From positions 87,482,001 through 87,546,000 of the forward strand of contig OX597822.1 in the NCBI GenBank assembly GCA_951406725.2: a stretch of 64,000 bases of DNA, read 5' to 3'. This document shows positions 1 through 13,343 of the stretch, piece after piece. Under the pieces are notes generated by a model, which saw only the letters and a program-made list of their open reading frames with translations, ran no database searches and was not told where the DNA came from. Every line of letters starts with the position of its first letter. The first letter of the stretch is position 1. Source of the stretch: Octopus vulgaris. Its lineage: Eukaryota. Both the position numbers and the translations under genes were made by a program.

Positions 1-709
1 AGCACCAATACATCAGAGTGACAAAGAAATAAGGAGGGTATCAGGTGGTCGTGAGATGTGCTAAAAATAACACCTAAATAGCCCTTAAATCACATGAAAA
101 AATTTTCTGAAAATTCAAAACAAAAAAAAAAAAATTTATGAGGGAGTATATGGGGTACAGCAGAATTCCACTTGGCTCACTTTCTGATACATTTATGTAC
201 CACACAGTTAAAGAGAAGAGATTATTGTAAGTAGTCATTATTCCTTTTGCCCAAGTTTAGACATCAGTCTTTGAAAACTGAAACCTATCAAATTAGATAT
301 TAGTGTGGGAAAAAAATTGATTTGGAATCCAACAGGGAAATGAATTTGGATTGTTAAACACCAAAAATTATCTAGATATTTTATTAACAAACTCAATTAC
401 AACTGGGTCGAAGTTGAGGGAAAATTTCTTGAAAAGAAAGCACCTGTGACCTGACTGTTTCAAATGGCTTCAACTGCAACAACAACAACAATTGTCAATA
501 TACACTCCCAAAGATGATGCTAGGGTACAAAATGGTGATGCAATACTTGAAATGTAATACTTTAAAAAAAATAGTAAAAAAATAGCAAAAAGTTGGTAAT
601 TACTCATTTTGCCCCACTCTCTTGCAGTTATTTCAAGTATTTAACAAAATGAAAAATAGTGAAAAAAAGAAAGATTCGATCTAATGAAAAACATGTGAGT
701 ATTAAAGGT

Positions 710-1030
710 GAAGGTGAGTGGCTTAGTGGTTAGGATATTTAGTTCACGATTGTAAGGTTGAGAGTTCAATTCCTGGAGATGCATTGTGTCCTTCAGCAAG
801 ACACTTTATTTCGTGTTGTTCCAGTCCACTCAGCTGGCAAAAATGAGTAGTATCATTATTTCAAAAGGCCAGCCTTGTCGCAGTCTGTGTCATGCTGAAT
901 CTCTCTGAGAATTACGTTGAGAGTACATGTGTCTGTGGAGTGCTCAGCCACTTGCACGTTAGTAGGCTGTTTCGCTTTCATTGATCGGATCAACTGGTAC
1001 CCTCGTTGTTGTAACCAACAGTGTGTCAGT
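710..1030 (+). mobile_element. tRNA-derived CORE-type SINE
   Basis: A box TGGCTTAGTGG, B box AGTTCAATTCC, then CORE-like tgtgtccttcagcaagacacttt. Confidence 0.7.
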
Positions 1031-1959
1031 TAATTCTAAAGTTGAAAAAAAAAAATGCTTTGAGCTGTTGAAAGATGTAATTTTATAATTAAGACTAAAT
1101 TCAAAATTTAAATCTTAGCACATATTCATTACTCACTTGCTCTTTCATAAAATAAGGCCAGTTTTCAATGCCTCAATGAAATAATGAAGTCTACAATGGC
1201 AATGTGTGTGTCTTTAATTGCCAGTGGTCAGTCTAAGGTCACTGTTCACTCATGTTGAAAAAAGAATTTGAACTAGAGATAATAACTTCTCTCTCTCTCT
1301 CTCTCTTGCTCATACACACACACACACACTCTCACAGGTACATACATACACTTTTTGGAGTGCTTTGTTGGTTTTCTTTTGTCTGCTGATGTCCCAGAAG
1401 CAGTTACAACTAATTCCTAAGGGAATTGGGTAGCAAAGAGTTTTTTAATTGAATGAATTGATGTCACTAATGTAGTTAAAACTATAGTTTTTTTTATCAA
1501 AAAAGAGGATCCGTTACATTTTTAAAGATATGTTTGTTTATTGAAAAAGAGCCTCTGCAAGAAAGATTGCTGAGAGGTGGGTGGGGTGGGGTGCTTGCTG
1601 TATTGAGTGCTACATACCCTTCATAAACAGGGGCGGGGCCATATCTGTCAAATGCCTTGGGCAATTGCCCCCTGCAATCCCCTATGAATCCGGCTCTGTG
1701 TATGTAACTGCATCTCAAGATGTTCATGTCAGGTGGAGGGTTGAAGGCTACTCTCCACTTATTTCTTTTCACGTTTCTTCTGGCCACACTGGCATATCGT
1801 GGAAATCCGGTCGGTGCCTGTCAGATAGCTGGAAAGGCCTGAGCAGGTTTCAAGGATTTTACACCCCCTTCTGCTATGTACTAAACCCACACAGTCTGTT
1901 TTGTAAGAGTGTGACGCCCCCTGATGAGAATGGACTGGACCACTACTGGTCCAGTAGCA

Positions 1960-2810
1960 GTCTGAGTAAGTGAGGTAGTGTGTTAATGTTTCAAAGTTTA
2001 CAGTTTGAGTTAGCATGTTGGATTGTTGGTTCTTAAAACATTGTTGTTACATCCTGTGTGCTTACTGCCATTTGTTTCGATTATATTGTTATTACACTGT
2101 TGCAGTGTGTTCATTTATCCATAAAGCTATAACACCTGGCAATGAGAATTGTTTGAAACTCACATTGGTTATTTGGCAATTTCTGTGTCATGGAAAACCT
2201 ATTAGCCACAGTAGTACAACTTCAAGAGAAGCAACAGGAACAATTTCTGAATTTACTTATAATCCAGAGGAGGGTATTATGTTTCCCACATATTATAGAA
2301 GATACAAGGAAAATTTTAACGAGTGCAAGTCCTGGTCAGAGGAACAGAAAGTAAAACTTTTACTATGCAAGGTAGCTTCTGTTGAACATGAGCATTACTG
2401 TAACTTTATTCTGCCCAAAAGGTCAAGTGAGAACGGTTTCCAAGAAACCGTTGAATTGTTTTCAAAAATTTTTTGTGATAGTTGTTGATTATTCAACACC
2501 AGAATGGAGTGTTGGATCTTAACAAAAAATGAGGAGGATGATTTTATCACCCATGCCAGAGTAGTCAACTGTATGTGTGAAAATTTCAAACTCCAGAATC
2601 TCAGTTGGGATATGTTCAAATCACTTATCTTTGTGCAAGAACTTATAGCACCTGAAGGTAGAGAAATTCAGACAAAAATTCTTTTGAAAATGGAGCAAGC
2701 AAACCAGGATTTATTTCTGCAGACCATCGCAAAAGAATGTCAGACTATGGTAAATCTTAAACATGATGTGAGAAAAATACAAGATAAAGACTGTATGCAA
2801 CATTAATTGA
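1960..2810 (+). mobile_element. Ty3/Gypsy relic: LTR end, degenerate PBS and broken gag
   Basis: ...ATAACA at 2134, then TGGCAATGAG (decayed TGGCGACGAG PBS); gag-like ISEFTYNPEEGIMFPTYYRRY...KVKLLL with a stop near 2488; left boundary approximate. Confidence 0.7.
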
Positions 2811-3004
2811 AACAGACTCACAAGCCCACAAAATATTTGTTGGGAGTCAACGACAATTATCTATCCTGATTGAACATTCTTGAACAATCTAGAATATTCC
2901 AGAAAATTCCAAGCGAACGTGATTAACTACTCCTTTGCTAATTTACTACACATAACATCAAAATAACATGCAGGAGATCGTTAGTATCACCTCGTCTATA
3001 TAAG

Positions 3005-3118
3005 CGTGCATTTCAGCCTTTCGGGGTTGATAAAACAAGTGCCCTTTGAACAGTGGGGTCAATGTAATCGACTCATCCCCTCCCCTCAAACTGCTGCCTT
3101 TGTGGCAAAATTTGAAAC

Positions 3119-3149
<31 letters not shown>

Positions 3150-5310
3150 GAAGGTGACAAGCTGGCAAAATCGTTAGCTTGCTGGACAAAATGCTTAGCG
3201 GTATTTTGTCTGCCTTTACATTCTGAGTTCAAATTCTGCTGAGGTCGACTTTGCCTTTCATACTTTTGAGGTTGATAAATTAAGTGTTGAGCCTGCTAAA
3301 TTTTGACCCAGTCGAGGGACCAGCTACCTGAATTGATAGCACCCTGGTAGATAAAGCAATTAAGGATGTGAAGTCAAGAAAAGCCCCTGGCCCATCAGGA
3401 ATCACTGGTATGGTCTGTGCTGTGTAAAGAGCTGTGTGAAGAAGTGTCACTCCCTAACAGTGGAACGAACTTGTGGAAGAGGGAGACCCAGGAAAACATG
3501 GGATGAGGTGGTGAAGCATGACCGTTGAATGTTGGGCCTCACAGAGGCAATGACAAGAGACGAAGACCTCTGGAGATATGCTGTGATTGAGAAGACCCAG
3601 CAAGTAAAGTGAGATCACAGCCATGACTGATGCTAGTGTCACCTAATCAGTCCATTTAAAAAGTACCTTTGAATCGTTGGGCTACACACTGTGCTTGAGG
3701 AGACCTATTGAGTCAAGTAAAACCAAAAATCAAAATTCAAAATCAAAGTTACAATCAGCATCTCAATCAAATCGAAATCAAATTGTAGTTGTGGCTGATG
3801 CCAGATCCGGCTGACTGGCACACAATAAGCACCGTTCATGCATGGGTTGTTGCCAGTGCCACCTGACTGGCTTCCCGTGCCAGTGGCATGTAAAAAACCA
3901 CCATCCGAACATGGCCAATGCCACTGCTGCCTGACTGGCTCCTGTGCTGGTGGCGCGTAAAAAATACCCACTACACTCTCGGAGTGATTGGCATTAGGAA
4001 AGGCATCCAGCTGTAGAAACATTGCCAGATTAGATTGGATCTTGGTGCAGCCTCCTGGCTTGCCAGTCCTCAGTCAAACTGTCTAACCCATGCCAGCATG
4101 GAAAACAGATGTTAAACGATGATGATGAGGATGATGAAGCACTGAGGTTGATCTAATCAACTAGTCCCTGCCCACCAAATTTCAGGCCTTGTGCCTTTAG
4201 TGGAATTAATTATTATTATTATTATTATTATCATTATTATTGTAGGCAGTGAGCTGGCAGAATCATTAGTGTGCTAGATGAAATGCTTAACGGTGTTTTG
4301 TCCATCACTATGTTCTGAGTTCAAATTCTGCCAAGGTCGACTTTGCCTTTCATCATTTTGAGGTCGATAAAATAAGTAGCAGTTAAACACTAGGGTCAAT
4401 GTAATCATCTCATCCCGTCCCACCAAAAAATTGCTGCCCTTGTGGCAAAATTTGAAACCATTATGATTATTATTATTATTAGTAGTAGTAGTAGTAGGAC
4501 AGTAATCTGGTGGAATAATTTGCACGCTGGGAAAAATTCTTAGAGGCATTTTGTCTGTCTTTATGTTCCGTGCTCAAATTCTGCTGAGGCCGACTTTGAT
4601 TTTTATTGTTTCAGAGTCAATAAAATAAGTACCAGTCAAGCACTGCGGTTGATGTAATTGACTAACTCCTTGCTCAAAATTTCAGGCCTTGTGCTTATAG
4701 CAGAAAGATCATCATCTTTATAATCACCATCAACATCACTGGAGTTGTGGTGGTACTGATGCTAGAGTGTCGGTATTTGTTCCAACTTTATATATAGTCT
4801 GAAATCAAATTATATTGTGATAAACTTTGCCGTTCTTCCTTCCGGAATTGACGTAATCGATCAGCACATCCCCAAATTTCAGTCTATATGCTTATTAGAA
4901 ATAGTTGTTTTGGGGTGGGTGAATCGTTAGGCAAAATGCCTTGTGGTATTTGTTGTGGATAACTCTTTAATTAGCTTTAACTCAAGAGTTGAAGCATTGC
5001 CTTCAAGCCCAGTCAAGGTTAATTTTGCCTTTTGTTCTTTCAGGATTGAGAAAATAAAGTAACAGTCAAGTATTGGGTTCAATGATATCCACTAATCCCC
5101 TCCCCTCAAGTGTGCTTTAATCAGAATCAATCAATCATCATAATCATCATCATCATCATGGTTGTGATTCGAAGAATCTGTAGAGTGACAGAAAAAGTGC
5201 CGAGCAATGTTTCTGTTCCTTTGCTTTCTGAGCTGGAATCTCACTAAGGTCAACTTTATCCTTCAGCCTTCTAGGGCTGATAAAACTTGGAAGGTACCTA
5301 CCTTCCAAGT
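3005..5310 (+). mobile_element. Head-to-tail cluster of SINE copies (gagctggcagaatcgttag...gtcgactttgcctttcat family) with (ATT)n/(ATC)n tails
   Basis: At least 6 recurring units near 3005, 3150, 4245, 4500, 4910 and 5160; an antisense copy lies at about 21385-21605. Confidence 0.75.
3290..4137 (+). mobile_element. RTE-clade LINE 3' remnant with (GAT)n tail, nested in a SINE
   Basis: GRPRKTWDEVV-like coding end; 3' tail catgccagcatggaaaacagatgttaaacgatgatgat. Confidence 0.75.
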
Positions 5311-5818
5311 ACGGAAATCAATATTGTCTTCTACGCTTTCCCTCATTGTGTCTATTTTAGAAATGACTGCAAGTGTTGTGAGCATCATCATCTCCTGCAT
5401 CATGTTATGTAAAACAAGGAAGGCCATAAAGGACAGTTTTTATTTTGGTTCACTGGCAGAGAATCTTAATTATTACAATAATAATATGGTTGTGTGTTAA
5501 ACAAATAGAAGTTAGGGGTAATGTTACTATGTGGGTTATGGCTTCAAGGAGCAACCATATTAACCAATAGGCTCTGTAAGTTCTTGCAGTAACCCTAATA
5601 ACTTTATCTGTAAGAGGAAATACTAAAAGGGGCAAACTGGAATGGTTTTTATAGCCTTCTACCTGTGGGGATATTTAAGCTCAATATTTCAGCGTGGCAT
5701 ATGAAACCAGTCAATAATCCAGTGTTTCTTGGAGCCTGATGTCAAGCAGTAAATTTGTTTCCAGCAAATCAAAACTACCATCTGGTTTCGATACCTGCCT
5801 GAAGTTAAGGCACCTTAC

Positions 5819-5984
5819 CTACGTTGATTGTGCTCATACGGAATGCTTGAATTCTTGATGTCCCATTTGAGTTGTCTGCAGTAAGACTAAAACTCTATGC
5901 GCTGAGTTGGGAAATTATTAGATTCACAACCATCAACTGGATGGCTGCCACATCCACCCTCCTTCTATTCTGATACGATGTCAT
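5819..5984 (-). other. Candidate first or 5' exon of a neighbouring downstream gene
   Basis: Unique, non-repeat sequence ending at a strong CGTAG|gtaagg donor; ATGs at 5984 and 5837 in one frame, separated by a TAG; no homology recognised. Confidence 0.3.
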
Positions 5985-6814
5985 TACTTTGCATACATTA
6001 TGATGTTGCTAGATTATGACAACACCTTACTTCTGCTCTATGGCTCTACACCTTTCTCTCTCTCTCTCACACACACACACACATACACATACACACACAC
6101 ACATCATCACACAAGGTTAAAGTCACTACAACAGCAACTCCCACTTCTACTACTGCTGCTGCTTTGAAAGCCACAACACCAGTGATATCAACAACAATAA
6201 AATTCTTTTGTTACTAAAGTCCGAAATATATTCTTGTCAACGAAACAATAAAATTATCTAAGAAAATCTATCATTTTCAATGACCTTTCAGCTTGATATA
6301 TAATACAGTAACACTTTTGAGTACAGATATGTTTTCAATACAGAAGGAGTCGCTCTTTCCTTATTTTTATGCTGCTTTGTTTTATTTGTTTTCAATTTTA
6401 TTTATTTTACTGTGACATGATATCGTTATTTGGATAATAGTTTCTTATACAAGCAGAAGGTCAATGTCTCTATTGAGGAGGAGGTGGACAGCCAACCAAA
6501 TCTTCTCTAGGGATCGTGAGAATGTAGCAATCTTTCTGGTATTCAGGACACAACTTGGGAATTTTGTCTTTATCTTGACAATGTACTTTTCATTCTTTTT
6601 TCTTTTATTCATTTATTTGTTTCAGTCATTTGACTGCAGCCATGCTGGAGCACTGCCTTTAGTCAAACAAATCGATCCCAGGACTTATTCTTTGTAAGCC
6701 CAGTACTTATTGTATCAGTCTCTTTTGCCGAACCACTAAGTTACGGGGACGTAGACACACCAGCATCGGTTGTCAAGCGATGGTGGGGTGACAAATACAG
6801 ACACACAAAATCTT

Positions 6815-9800
6815 TCTCTTACAACTCCATTGTAGTCTTACTGGAAACTGAAGTAGTGGCATGGCTACGAGGGTATTTAGTGTATGCATCAGTGACTACT
6901 AACCAATTATGCCCTATAAAGTTGATGGCATGATTTACATGCAAACAAGACCAAAGCTTTTTGGGCATTATCCATGGATGAATTGCTGGTTTAGGTGGTG
7001 CCTTTCTGTGCAGTGGTGGCAAAGATCCATGATTTCCGCATCAATGTTTGGCCAGTATACTGCCGTCTACACTAATTGCTTCATCCATTGCATACTGAGA
7101 TGAATTGTGTGTAGCAGTTGTAAGATTCGTTCTTGTAGACTGGTAGGAATGACTAGTCTTCTACTGTACAGTAAACATTTGTGACACATGCTCAAAGATT
7201 GGAATTGCTCAGCTGGATCATCAGAGTCAATATGTGAAGGCCAACCGTGTCTTGTAAAATGCATCACTTGTGCCAAAACTGGATCTTTGGAGGACTCCTT
7301 CCTGACTAAAGTTTAATCTATAGGCTGGACTTGTAAACTAATTGCTTCAATTGCACACACAACGTCGGTATCATCCATGGCTTCCTCCCCATTAGAGATG
7401 GAGTCCTCTCTAACAGGAAGGCGGCTAAAATCATCTGCATTCTGGTTACTTTTTCGATACTCTATGACATAGGAAAACTGGTTGAGAAAGAGTGCCCAGT
7501 GAGCCAATCGACTGGCAGCCAAACCTAGCACCGGCTTGTTAGGGCCAAAAATTGACAGGAGTGATTTATGATCCGTTACCAGAATGAATGATCTGCCAAA
7601 AACGTTCTTTCTGCGTTGAGATGCAGAAATGAGCTTGGAGACGTTAGCAATTGGTTTTTCATCTCCATTATGCTCCAATACCAATACTGGATGTGTCACA
7701 TGCTATTTCCAATAGCACAGCAGTATTAAAATGAGCCATAACTGAATCGGATGTAGGGTTGTCCTTCAACTTCAGGAAAGTGGCTTGTTCCGGTTCACCC
7801 CAATTCCACTCAACTTCATCACGCAAGAGCCTGTGGAGAGGTGAAGCAACTATAGAAAAACTAAGTTGCAAAAACTTTGAATAGAATTGCACTGATCCCC
7901 AAAATGACTGCAACAAATTCGTAAGGGCGTACCTGCAGTTGGTGATGTCTGTTTCTTTTGGACTGGAACAACCGGAGTACCCCATTCATTGAATTGAACC
8001 AGAGTCCAAATTCCTTTCTTTATGCCAGCATTAATAGCTTGAGTTAAATCAGCTTGGAGAGTGAAAGGAACAGACCTTGGTTTGCAGAAAACAGGTTTAA
8101 CATTAGATTTGAATTGCACATCCAGCTCAAAACCTTGAAGACAGCCCAACCCTGGCTTGAACAACTCCACATATTCATCGCAAAGTTTCCAACATGACTC
8201 TTGCAAATGTGCATCTACTTTGCGGAGATGTGAAGCTAGCACCTTTACTTCCATGTTAGATTCCCTGGAAAACAGAAGATCATCAGTTCAAATCTTTAGC
8301 TTTGTAATAGCATCTCGTCCTAATAAGTTCAAAGTTTGAACTTTGGAAACATGGTACGTGATGGCACAAGTTTTATCAGCATGGGGTTCAACACTAGTTT
8401 GACCCCTGAAAGTACCTACGATTGGAAGAGTGTGTTTGTTAGCCGATTGATACGGCAAGGTTGCTGGTTGAAGTTCCAGTTTTCCCATTTCTGACCATAA
8501 TTCTTCTGAAATGAAGTTTCCTCCTGTCACAGTATCCAGTTCCATGTGCACCAGCTTGGAATGGATATGGACTGGAACAAGTAATTAAGGAACCCTGCAA
8601 GAATTATCAGAAACAGTAGAAAGGTTACAAATTTCTAGACTTCTTACTGTATTATCAGAATTACTAGGATTTTGCAACCGTACTTTCTTCCAGCATACTG
8701 ACTCTAAGTGCCCTTGAATCTTGCAATAATTACAAGTAGCATTTTTGAAATGGCAGTCGGGAGCAAGATAAGTTTTCCTGCAGCGGTAACACTTCTGTTT
8801 CAACTTGTCTTCGGTTGGCTTAGAACTTGCCGTCTTTTTACCTGTAGATTTAAAACATTTAACCTTTTGTACCTGCATAGGAATAGAATCGTAGACGATT
8901 TCTTTAGCAACTTTAGCCGCATTCTCTGTCTCAATAGCGACTTCAATTGCTTGATTGAATGTAAGTTCATTGGTATTGATTTTGAAAAGCACTTTTAGCA
9001 CAGCTTTGTTATTGACTGAGCAAATGAAACGTGTTTGCAACGCTTCATCCAGAGGATCCTTGATTGATGTAAAATCACAGGTAGCAGCAGCCTGGCGAAT
9101 AGGAGTAGCTAATTCTTGAATTGACTCACCCACTTTGCACTTCATGTCACTCCAGAAGTGAAATTTCTCACACACAACAAATCATTTCGGATCAAATTGT
9201 TGCTTCATGTAGTCGAAGATTTGGTCCATTATAAGATCATTGATGTCTCTTGGAGGTGTTGCTTGTATTGCCAGATTGGATAACATCTTGTACATAGTAG
9301 AAGTTTAATTGGTAAGGAAAACTTTAGGTTTCTTACTGTCAGGAACTGAATGCACCTTGGTAAAAGTGCAAAACCTTGACCAGTCCATAGCTCCGTAGTA
9401 GAATTGAATGCAGAAAAACTGGGCATGGCAACTTGAGGAGTAGAAATGACTGACTCAACCCCAGCACTTGTGGAAGGTTTTCCAATCATCTCTTGTAAGA
9501 TTTTCATTTGCTCTTCATGACAGTGCTGTTGTTTTTTACTTTGTCCTTCGTAATGGTGTTCTTGATCTTCCGAGCATTTCTCTTGAATGGAAATTTGTTG
9601 AAGTTCGACAAGCTTTTCCATTTCGCAACATATGGTAAGCAATGCTGATAAAATCAAACAGCATATCTCATCCTTATTGCTAAAATAACTCTGTTATGCT
9701 TTAATACAGAATTATTAACTTGGATTACATTACTCGAATGCAAAAATGCATACTGATTTAAAAAAAAAGAAGCAAAACCTAAAAATCCACGTGCAAAAAG

Positions 9801-9957
9801 TATCATGTCACTTACGAAAGAAACCAGTATGCAAATTAGAAGGCAGTCAAAAGTTCACTTTAAAAGGACTCAAGGTGAACGCATGAAATAAAGCAGAGTC
9901 ACTAAACTTGGTTTGATACTTAGTCAGATCATAGAATTAAATTAGAGTAATATAACA
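6815..9957 (-). mobile_element. Degenerate Ty3/Gypsy (K02A2.6/Mag-like) LTR retrotransposon, 3'-truncated
   Basis: LTR 9692-9957 with TGTTAT...ATAACA ends; gag with zinc knuckles (CYRC, CNYCKIQGHLESVC); protease (MELDT); RT start (WGTPVVPV); RNase H (IACDTS, LVTDHKSL); integrase (LHTIH, LVVTDAYTKYP); many stops and frameshifts. Confidence 0.92.
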
Positions 9958-11629
9958 TTATGCAAGTCTGAGGATATGCCACTAATGTAAAAAGCTGCTA
10001 ATATGGTTTTTTTCACCTGAAATTGTTTTAATGCCATTGCACATAAAAAGGAAAAAAAGAGTGATAATGAAACAATTGTAACTGGTTATCAAAGATGTCT
10101 TCTCATTGGGATTATATTTTACTCTTTGCTAGACTCACATGTTGGACCATATCAGGAGTTTCTTTACCAGTGGAATTTCAATCTTCTTTGAAAATCCAGT
10201 TCAAGAGTGGGGATATCTAGAAGCTTGGGTTGAGTGCTGCATTGGAAATACTCCAATGTTCCTCTCAACCCCTTTCAGGACCATAAAATATATATTATCT
10301 TTTAACATCTGTCTTCCATGCTTGTATAGGTAGAATGGTTTGACAAGGGCTGGCAAGCCAGAGTGCTGCACCAGGCTCCATTTTCTGTTTTGGGATGGTT
10401 TCTCTTCCTAATACCAACCGCTTTACAGAGTGTGGACTGGGCGCTTTTTACGTGGCATGAGCACGAGTGCATTTTACATGGCACCAACATCAGCAAGGTT
10501 GTTAAGTAACTTGTGGGATGAAGACCCCCTCAGCTAGGAGAGAGAGAGAGAATGGAACTGTGGGAAGTGGCTTTGTGCCACATAGAAGTATAATAGAGGG
10601 ATCAAACAGGATGTCCCATAAGAATGTGAAGGAAGATGTTTAGGGATGAGGACGATTGGCTTGCAAATGATTGTGAGAGAAATTGGTAGACTGGGTATCA
10701 TAGATATATGTACACACACACACACAGAAACGTCCTCTTCATTAAGCATTCATATTTTGATGCAGACATGGATTGAACAGTTTGACAGGATCTGATGTTT
10801 AAAACCATATCAGTAGCAGCTGAAAATTGTCTAGTAAGTCAGAATGTTGGTTGCACGTTCCTGCCTAATTGGGTTTTGTCAGTGGCATCCACTGGTAACC
10901 ATATGCTAAGACAAAATTTGTTGCTCTTCAATATAAGAAAACTTCTATTGCTTATAATGGATGTTTGTCCAACTGAGCAGCTAACTGCATTACCTGATAT
11001 TTTTCAGTCACTATTTTCCTTTACATAATAATGTCTGATAGCTTTCTTAGGGTGATGTTCTAAAAAAATTTAGTGTGCATAGAGTACATTAAGCAATTCT
11101 TGAACCTCTTAACAATACCTCTCCTGAACTGAAAGTTTCTGGTTGGCTAAAAGATTATACCTCATGAGGTCATGACAAGTTATTTAAACTTAGAGATCTT
11201 TAAGGAAAAGGAAGCATTACTTCAGTTCTAGCTAATAATAGTTTCTGTTTTCTTTTTTATATATATTTGGTTAAATAGGATTCTTTAGATTGAAAAAGGA
11301 TTTGGACCTTGATATAAAGACTTCATTGGTTCATTCAGTCTAAGTTAAATTAAAGTAATAATGACTGAAGTTAATCCTTTAGAAACACCGCCCACATGGA
11401 AACCGATAATTTATTTAGTGCTAACATAATTTAATGAAGTATCTAATTTCATTAGAATTATTAATGCAGTGATGAAAAACTTATATTAAAATATTACTGA
11501 ATTCATCTAACATTCTCCCAAATGCCCCCAAGGGGCATTGGCTCTGCTGTCAATGAGGCCTAATTTGTAGTAGGGAAGGATATATAGAAAATGTAATTGC
11601 TAGAATAAGAATAGGATAGAGAAAATGCA

Positions 11630-12338
11630 AAGAGTTTTTACCTCTGTTTGCAACAAAAGGTCTTTCTCTCTCCGAGCGAAAGGAAGATTGTACGATGCAT
11701 GTATATGAACATCAGTTGAACATGGGAGTGAGATGTGGGCCCTGAATGCAGATGACATATAAAGGCTAGAGAGGAACGAGGCGAGTATGCTTTGCTGGAT
11801 GATGTGTAATGTAAGTGTACAAGTATAACAGTGGTAGTGTATAGAGAGAGAAGTTGGGCATTGGAGGAATTAGATGCAGTGTGCAAGAGAGAAGACTGCT
11901 CTGGTTTGGGCATGTGATATGTATAGATGTAGGCAGCTGCATAAAGAAGTGCTGATTACTTAAAGTGGATGGAACTAGTGGAAGAGGGAAACTCAGAAAG
12001 ACACGGGATGAAGTACTGAAGGCCAATCTCTGAATGAGCCTCACAAAGGAGATGATAAAGGACCGAGATATCTAGCACCTGGCTATACTCAAGAAGAGCC
12101 GTCCACCACAGCAGAATTGTTAATGTTCAGCTGAAGGGGGTTTTGCCTTGCAAGTGCCCTTGTGCAGGTCCATGTAAAAAGCACCGAGCTCCCTGTAAAG
12201 TGGTTGGTGTTAGGAAGGACATTCAGCCACAGAAACCAAATCAGACTGGAACCTGGTGCAGCTTTCTATCTTGCCAGCTCTGATCAAACCATCCAATCCA
12301 TATCCAAATGGAAAACAGACATTAAATGATGGTGATAA
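11630..12338 (+). mobile_element. RTE-clade LINE 3' fragment
   Basis: Broken frame KGRLYDAC..HGSEMWAL..RNEASML..LGIGGIRCSVQERRLLWFGHV, plus the same 3' tail. Confidence 0.85.
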
Positions 12339-12517
12339 GCAAGTAGAAGAGACAACTTTGAACACGTTTTGCTCTTAAACAAATACTTCACAGTTGTTAC
12401 TGAAGGAGTGAGAAATCATCAAGTAGATATATATATGGATAGACAATGAAATCTTAGCATCTTCCAAAAAAGAATTACTAGTGTTCATTAGTCAGATATG
12501 TCATTCTCATTGCCTCT

Positions 12518-12736
12518 GTAAAAAGCACCATCTGATCATGGCCATTTGCCAGCCTTGTCTGGCACGTAAAAAGCACCCACTACACTCATGGAGTGGTTGG
12601 TGTTAGGAAGGGCATCCAGCTGTAGAAACATTGCCAGATCAGACTGGGCCTGGTGCAGCCTTCTGGCTTCCCAGACCCCAGTTGAACCGTCCAACCCATG
12701 CCAGCATGGAAAGTGGACGCTAAATGATGATGATGA
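12518..12736 (+). mobile_element. RTE-tailed short repeat (aaaagcacccactacactc...ggaagggcatccagc family)
   Basis: Related copies near 10300-10500(-), 26020-26205(+), 27260-27430(+), 36915-37140(-), 37740-38200(-), 44364-44549(+), 58400-58648(+). Confidence 0.8.
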
Positions 12737-13283
12737 AATTAGGTGTTATCAATTTTTTTTTTTTTTTGGTATTAATGCTCATCTCTGTTAATAAGGTTTG
12801 ACGTGTATGGAAACAAGTGTTGAGCAAAATAATGTCTGAGAAACGGTGACATTCAGGACTTCCTGAATGGCATTAGAGTGAAACAGTCATACTAGGAGAA
12901 TCTTTAACTGTGACGGGAGAGCTTAACTATAAACCCACAACAAGTGATAAATACAAAATGCATAGTTATATACCATGACACAATGTAATTATGTAGCAAG
13001 TTGTTGGTGTCATAAATAACTGAAGTCACAGATAAGCAGTGACACCTTTTACATAAACTGGGTGATTTGCGTGAGTGCTTTTTCTTGTTTTCTCTTAATA
13101 CTCGCCTGACAATAAAAGATAAAAATACTTTACAAACTAACTTGATTTACAAAAAAAAAAAAAAAAAAATTCATAATTTAAAATAAACAAGCAACTAATT
13201 ACCAACAAGCCTCTATAAATAAACTTTAAAATAATGGAACAAGTCATGATGTAACTTAGAAAATTGGCACAAAATAATTCATC

Positions 13284-13284
<1 letters not shown>

Positions 13285-13343
<59 letters not shown>
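13285..13343. repeat. (TAA)n microsatellite
   Basis: Direct inspection; source of the poly-Tyr ORF. Confidence 0.95.

Noticed and set aside
1137-1190. AG...GTGAGT-bounded segment on the minus strand
   Set aside because: Stops in all three frames; could be non-coding but is unsupported
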